This document shows positions 60,085-64,000 of a DNA stretch of 64,000 bases, one piece after another. The notes beneath the pieces were generated by a model, which saw only the letters and a list, made by a program, of their open reading frames with translations, made no database searches and was not told the origin of the DNA. The position numbers and the translations under genes were made by a program. Where the stretch lies: the NCBI GenBank assembly GCA_965248925.1, contig CBDFLE010000006.1, forward strand, positions 4,896,001-4,960,000. The letters are read 5' to 3'. Every line of letters starts with the position of its first letter. Within the stretch, counting starts at the first letter, position 1. The DNA is from Candidatus Multivoradales bacterium. GTDB lineage: Bacteria; Acidobacteriota; Thermoanaerobaculia; Multivoradales; J023.

Positions 60085-60134
60085 GGCCTCATCTCGCAAT
60101 GGACGCGGTGGGTCGCTGTGCGTAGACTCAGCCA

Positions 60135-61181
60135 ATGTCGAGTCGTGATCAACCTTGGATATTTCTCGTCGGATGGGCTCTGGTCGTGCTCCTGGCCGGG
60201 GCTTGCCGGCCGGTTGAGGAAGGCCCCGCGAGCCATCTCTTCTCAGGCCCGACCATGGGCACCACTTACCGGGTCAAGGTGGTCGCTAGAGAGCTGCCCG
60301 CGGAGCGTCGGCAGCAGCTGGCTGCGGCCATCGAGCAGTGGTTGGACGCGGTCGACGCCAGCATGTCGACTTATCGTCCCGACTCCGAGTTGTCTCGTTT
60401 CAATCAGCATGTCGCGGGCACGCCGTTTGCGGTTTCTACGGCGATGGCCGAGGTCTTTGCCGCGGCTCTCGAACTCGGCCAAGCCACCGGGGGTGCCCTC
60501 GATATCACTCTTGGGCCGCTGGTCGATGCCTGGGGTTTTGGTCCAGGTGGCCGCGGGGCGGTGCCGGATCCACAACAGCTCGCCGAACTGCGCTCGCGGA
60601 TTGGGCTTGGCTTGCTGTCCTTGGACCGCGATCAGGGCACCCTGATCAAGGAGATTCCGGAGCTGCACTGTGACCTGAGTTCGTTGGCCAAGGGCTATGC
60701 GGTGGATCGAGTTCTGGAGGCGTTGGCGGATTTGGGAGTTACTGACGCCATGGTCGAAGTCGGGGGTGAGGTTCGCACCCTCGGTCACAATGCCAGTGGG
60801 CAGGCTTGGCGGATTGCCATCGAGCAGCCGAACTTCGCGCCGGGTGGCATTCAGCGCGTCGTTGCCTTGACGGATCGGGCGATGGCCACCAGTGGCGGCT
60901 ATCGCAACTTCATCGAGGTAGCAGGCGAGCGTTTGCCTCATCTGCTCGACCCGCGCACGGGTTGGCCGGTACGCCACCGGCTGGCATCGGTGTCGGTGGT
61001 GGCCGCCAGATGCCTCGAGGCGGATGGCTTGGCGACCGCTTTGGCCGTGCTCGGGCCGGAGGAGGGGCTGGTGTTGGCCAATCAACAGGGTTGGGCGGCA
61101 TATTTCTTGGTCCGTGGGGACCAGGGTGTGTTGATCGAGCGGGCTAGCCGATCTTTTGCGGAACTCTACATGTCTCGCTGA
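60135..61181 (+). CDS. apbE: FAD:protein FMN transferase
   Basis: Lipobox LAGAC, GPTMGTTY, MSTYRPDSELSRFN, DLSSLAKGYAVD, EVGGE, ATSGGYR, ADGLATA. Confidence 0.95.
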   Translation: MSSRDQPWIFLVGWALVVLLAGACRPVEEGPASHLFSGPTMGTTYRVKVVARELPAERRQQLAAAIEQWLDAVDASMSTYRPDSELSRFNQHVAGTPFAVSTAMAEVFAAALELGQATGGALDITLGPLVDAWGFGPGGRGAVPDPQQLAELRSRIGLGLLSLDRDQGTLIKEIPELHCDLSSLAKGYAVDRVLEALADLGVTDAMVEVGGEVRTLGHNASGQAWRIAIEQPNFAPGGIQRVVALTDRAMATSGGYRNFIEVAGERLPHLLDPRTGWPVRHRLASVSVVAARCLEADGLATALAVLGPEEGLVLANQQGWAAYFLVRGDQGVLIERASRSFAELYMSR

Positions 61182-61283
61182 GTGCGTCGTGCTGATCGCG
61201 CCTCCACTGCTGCTGGAGAGCTGCTGGAGAGCCCCGATCCGATATGATGGGGCTGGCGGGTACACCGCCTTGGAGGTTAGTTC

Positions 61284-61502
61284 ATGGGTCTGTTTCTCAT
61301 CACTCTCGGTGTCTTCGGTGTAGCTATGTTGATCATGGCGGTCGGCGTCATTCTGCAAGGGCGCTGTTTGCGCGGTTCTTGCGGTGGCCCCGAGGTTCTG
61401 GCTCCAGATGGCACTTCGCTGAATTGTCCTACTTGTCCGCAACGCAAGGAGCGGCAGGCTCGACAAGCCGAGCGTTTGGCGGTTCTCGGCCACAGTGGCT
61501 GA
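61284..61502 (+). CDS. nqrM: Na+-NQR maturation factor NqrM-like
   Basis: Single TM, MAVGVI..LRGSCGG..CPTC. Located after apbE. Confidence 0.8.
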   Translation: MGLFLITLGVFGVAMLIMAVGVILQGRCLRGSCGGPEVLAPDGTSLNCPTCPQRKERQARQAERLAVLGHSG

Positions 61503-61703
61503 GCCCCACCCTGGCCAGAAGCCCACCCGTGGGCTAGACTAGCCTCAGGTTTCTCATTTTCAGCCTCCCTCCGGCGAGAGGCTGAGCACGCGATGGCGTC
61601 GCTGAACCCGGTTTGCGGGGACGACTCTGATTCGGGGTGCCACCGGCGACACCGCTGTTTTTTGGCAGACGGTTGTAGGGGCGCCTGCCTGTTAGGAGTT
61701 CTG

Positions 61704-62246
61704 ATGTTCGACATCGTGCTACCCACTGCCCGCGACTGGATGACTTCGAAACCGCTGACTTTGTCGCCTGAGCAGGAGCTTTTCGAAGCTATCGATTTAC
61801 TGCTCAAGAACAGCTTTGCCGCCGCTCCGGTCGTTGATCAAAATGACGACCTTCTCGGTATGTTGACCGAGAAGGACTGCCTGCGGGTGCTGTCGAATCT
61901 GGCTTACGACGAGGACCTCCAGGGCGGTCAGGTGCGGGACTACCTCAGCGCTATTCGATTGCACTGTGAGCCGCAGATGGATCTGTTTCGGGTTGCCGAG
62001 ATGTTCCTAAGCACTAACTTTCCGCTCTTGCCTGTAGTCGAGGAAGATCATCTGTGCGGGGTGATCAGCCGTCGCGACATGCTGCGCGGCATTCGCGCTT
62101 TTCGCTCGCAGTTGCTGCAAATGAAGGGCGCACAGGAAGCCGTGGCAGGCCATCAAGCAGACCGGCCGCGCTCGATTGAAAGCCTGCAGCGAACCGTCGC
62201 TAACCAAACCAAGGATCAGCTAGTACGTCTGTTGGGGCGCGGCTGA
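61704..62246 (+). CDS. CBS-domain protein
   Basis: ARDWMT..APVVD..LGMLTEKDCL..LPVVE..GVISRRD. RBS AGGAG. Confidence 0.9.
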   Translation: MFDIVLPTARDWMTSKPLTLSPEQELFEAIDLLLKNSFAAAPVVDQNDDLLGMLTEKDCLRVLSNLAYDEDLQGGQVRDYLSAIRLHCEPQMDLFRVAEMFLSTNFPLLPVVEEDHLCGVISRRDMLRGIRAFRSQLLQMKGAQEAVAGHQADRPRSIESLQRTVANQTKDQLVRLLGRG

Positions 62247-62278
62247 TTGCCGCTGGGCCAAGGCGAGAGGTTTGGCGG

Positions 62279-62437
62279 GGCCACCCCTTGACTCTGGGGT
62301 GGCCGTTTGAGGTAAGTCTTGGTGGTGGGGAGTTGGGGTGGGTCGTATAGGTATGTCAACGACCAAAGGCCGTATCTTTAAGGGTAGGTATCAAAGATCT
62401 CGCGAAGAGACCTGGCGAATACTAGATCCGCCGTTGT
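62279..62437 (-). ncRNA. Candidate sigma54-dependent small RNA
   Basis: Lies between a consensus sigma54 promoter (62463-62447, minus) and hairpin GGCCACCCC/GGGGTGGCC (62279-62304). No ATG ORF. C-rich tracts. Confidence 0.4.
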
Positions 62438-62446
62438 CTGCTACTT

Positions 62447-62463
62447 AAGCAAGGGGTGTGCCA
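62447..62463 (-). promoter_or_regulatory. Sigma54 promoter
   Basis: Minus strand TGGCAC-ACCCC-TTGCTT, a perfect -24/-12 consensus. Confidence 0.75.
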
Positions 62464-62714
62464 GATTAGGGGGAAATCTAGAATTCAAGCTAGATTTTCT
62501 TTTACGAAGTGCCTGCAAGTTACTTGTTTCGAAGCATTTGTGGGCCAAGTCAAGATTATTGAATCGGCTGGGTGACTAACAGGCAGCTAATAGATCTGTA
62601 GCAAATTGCCAAAACGTGTGTGCGTTTTGGGCACGTCTGTGCTTTTTTCCCGCCACTTCTTGCCACTCTGGCATATGCAGGCGTCACTATCGCTGGGTTG
62701 GGTAACGGGTAAAG

Positions 62715-63281
62715 CTAGCCGCTGTCGACTTCACGGGACATCAGGATCAGGTCGTGGGTGCGGCCATTTTGGTCGATAACCCAGTCGTGGAGCAGGGCTT
62801 CTGGGATAAATTCCAGGTGGTGGAAGAGGTTCTGAGCCGAGCGTTGGTTACTCATCATCTGTGCCACCAGCTTGTGCAGACCGAGATTCTGCGCCAGATA
62901 GAAGAGCTGGTCGGCTAGCTTGCCGCCGACTCCTTTGCCGCGGAAGGCGGAACCTACCAAGAGCCGCATCTCGCCCAAGTGGCGGGTCCACAAGATCTCG
63001 CTATGGTGCAGGCTGCCGTAGGCGACTATTTCGCCACTGTCTTTTTCTTCAGCCAGCACCGTTACGGTTTTGGCCTGGCGCACGTTGTCGATCCAATCTT
63101 GGACCACCTGCGGATCAGTGATATCGATGCGCAGGAAGAGCTTGTCGTGTTCGGGCAGCTGGCGGGTGAAGGCCAGCATTGCCTCGAGGTCACCTTCGCC
63201 CAACATGCGAAAGCGTACTTGCAGGTCGCCGATAGGAATCGACCACGGGTAGGTGTAGCTGGAGCAGGTGGCCTCGGTCAC
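62715..63281 (-). CDS. GNAT family N-acetyltransferase
   Basis: LLVGSAFRGKGVGGKL acetyl-CoA motif, HLGEMR, AQNLFHHLEF. Confidence 0.88.
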   Translation of the reverse strand: MTEATCSSYTYPWSIPIGDLQVRFRMLGEGDLEAMLAFTRQLPEHDKLFLRIDITDPQVVQDWIDNVRQAKTVTVLAEEKDSGEIVAYGSLHHSEILWTRHLGEMRLLVGSAFRGKGVGGKLADQLFYLAQNLGLHKLVAQMMSNQRSAQNLFHHLEFIPEALLHDWVIDQNGRTHDLILMSREVDSG

Positions 63282-63563
63282 GGCTCGTTCTCTTCAGATC
63301 AATTCAGACTTCGGGATTCAGCGCAGAGCATATACGGCTAACTGGTGTAGAGGCAATCAGCAACGAGCGGGGTGTCAAATCGGCATCTTGAGAGTCGGTG
63401 GTGGGGTATTATCAGGGCTGACGAATCAAGGGTGGGCGGCGGACCTCTCGCTAGCCTTCCCGAGCAAATCGACCGATAGCGGCTGGTGCTACGTGGGTCG
63501 ACACAGTGGGTCGACACAGTGGTCTGGGCGCGGTGTCAACATAGGCTGAGTGAGGCAAGGCAG

Positions 63564-64000
63564 ATGGGCGAATCGACCACTTGTACGGTGCTGATTATCG
63601 ACGACGAGCCGGGTGTGCTCGGTTCTGTTTCCGACGTGCTCGAAGACGAGGGTTATCGCACCTTGGCGGCGCGCAGCGGGGTCGAGGGCATCGAACTCTA
63701 TCGCAGCGAACGGCCGGACGTAGTTTTTCTCGACATCTGGCTACCTGACCGCGATGGTTTGGAGGTGCTGACGGCGCTGCGCGACGAGGATCCGCTGGCG
63801 GCGGTGGTGATGATTTCCGGCCACGGTACGGTGGCGACGGCGGTCAAGGCGATTCGCATGGGCGCCGCCGATTACTTGGAGAAGCCCCTGTCTTACAACC
63901 AGGTGGTCGAAGCAGTGGTCGAGGCCTTGGCGCGCAAGCGTTCGATGGCCGAGCGCCGTCCGCTGCCAGTGGTACGGTCGGTGCGGACCGAGATTGAGCG
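63564..64000 (+). CDS. Response regulator receiver (NtrC/NtrX-like), 3' truncated by window edge
   Basis: Not in the ORF track. MGESTTCTVLIIDDE..DVVFLDIWLPDRDG..VVMISGHGTVATAVKAIRMGAADYLEKP. Confidence 0.88.
   Translation, partial: MGESTTCTVLIIDDEPGVLGSVSDVLEDEGYRTLAARSGVEGIELYRSERPDVVFLDIWLPDRDGLEVLTALRDEDPLAAVVMISGHGTVATAVKAIRMGAADYLEKPLSYNQVVEAVVEALARKRSMAERRPLPVVRSVRTEIE

Overview
GC-rich bacterial window. The gene content (RHS protein with a Sec-type signal, HTH-TPR regulators, VPS10/BNR hydrolase, ABC-permease remnant, Na+-NQR) suggests a probably marine Acidobacteriota/Thermoanaerobaculia-like genome, but this is inference only. Housekeeping blocks (LytS/LytTR, triple FKBP, pheA, asparaginase, nqrABCDEF-apbE-nqrM) alternate with accessory or conflict loci. 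(i) A tandem pair of membrane-anchored TIR proteins. (ii) A complete 2.5-kb DDE IS (inverted ends, 5-bp TSD, three copies of a 21-bp palindrome) nested inside an internally deleted IS3-family relic. (iii) An HTH-TPR regulator divergent from two PCD/DCoH-like proteins lacking the catalytic motif, across two perfect operator palindromes, upstream of a secreted RHS toxin with an HExxH tip and a row of immunity-like paralogues. (iv) Three toxin-antitoxin modules. (v) A split NB-ARC + TPR pair. (vi) An integrase-less cassette cluster (three attC sites, two diverged copies of a promoter/attI-like module) carrying PIN-TA, TIR and trypsin-like cassettes between nqrF and apbE. (vii) A candidate sigma54-dependent small RNA. 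Two single-base frameshifts may be sequencing errors. All protein family calls come from recognising motifs by eye, not from database searches.
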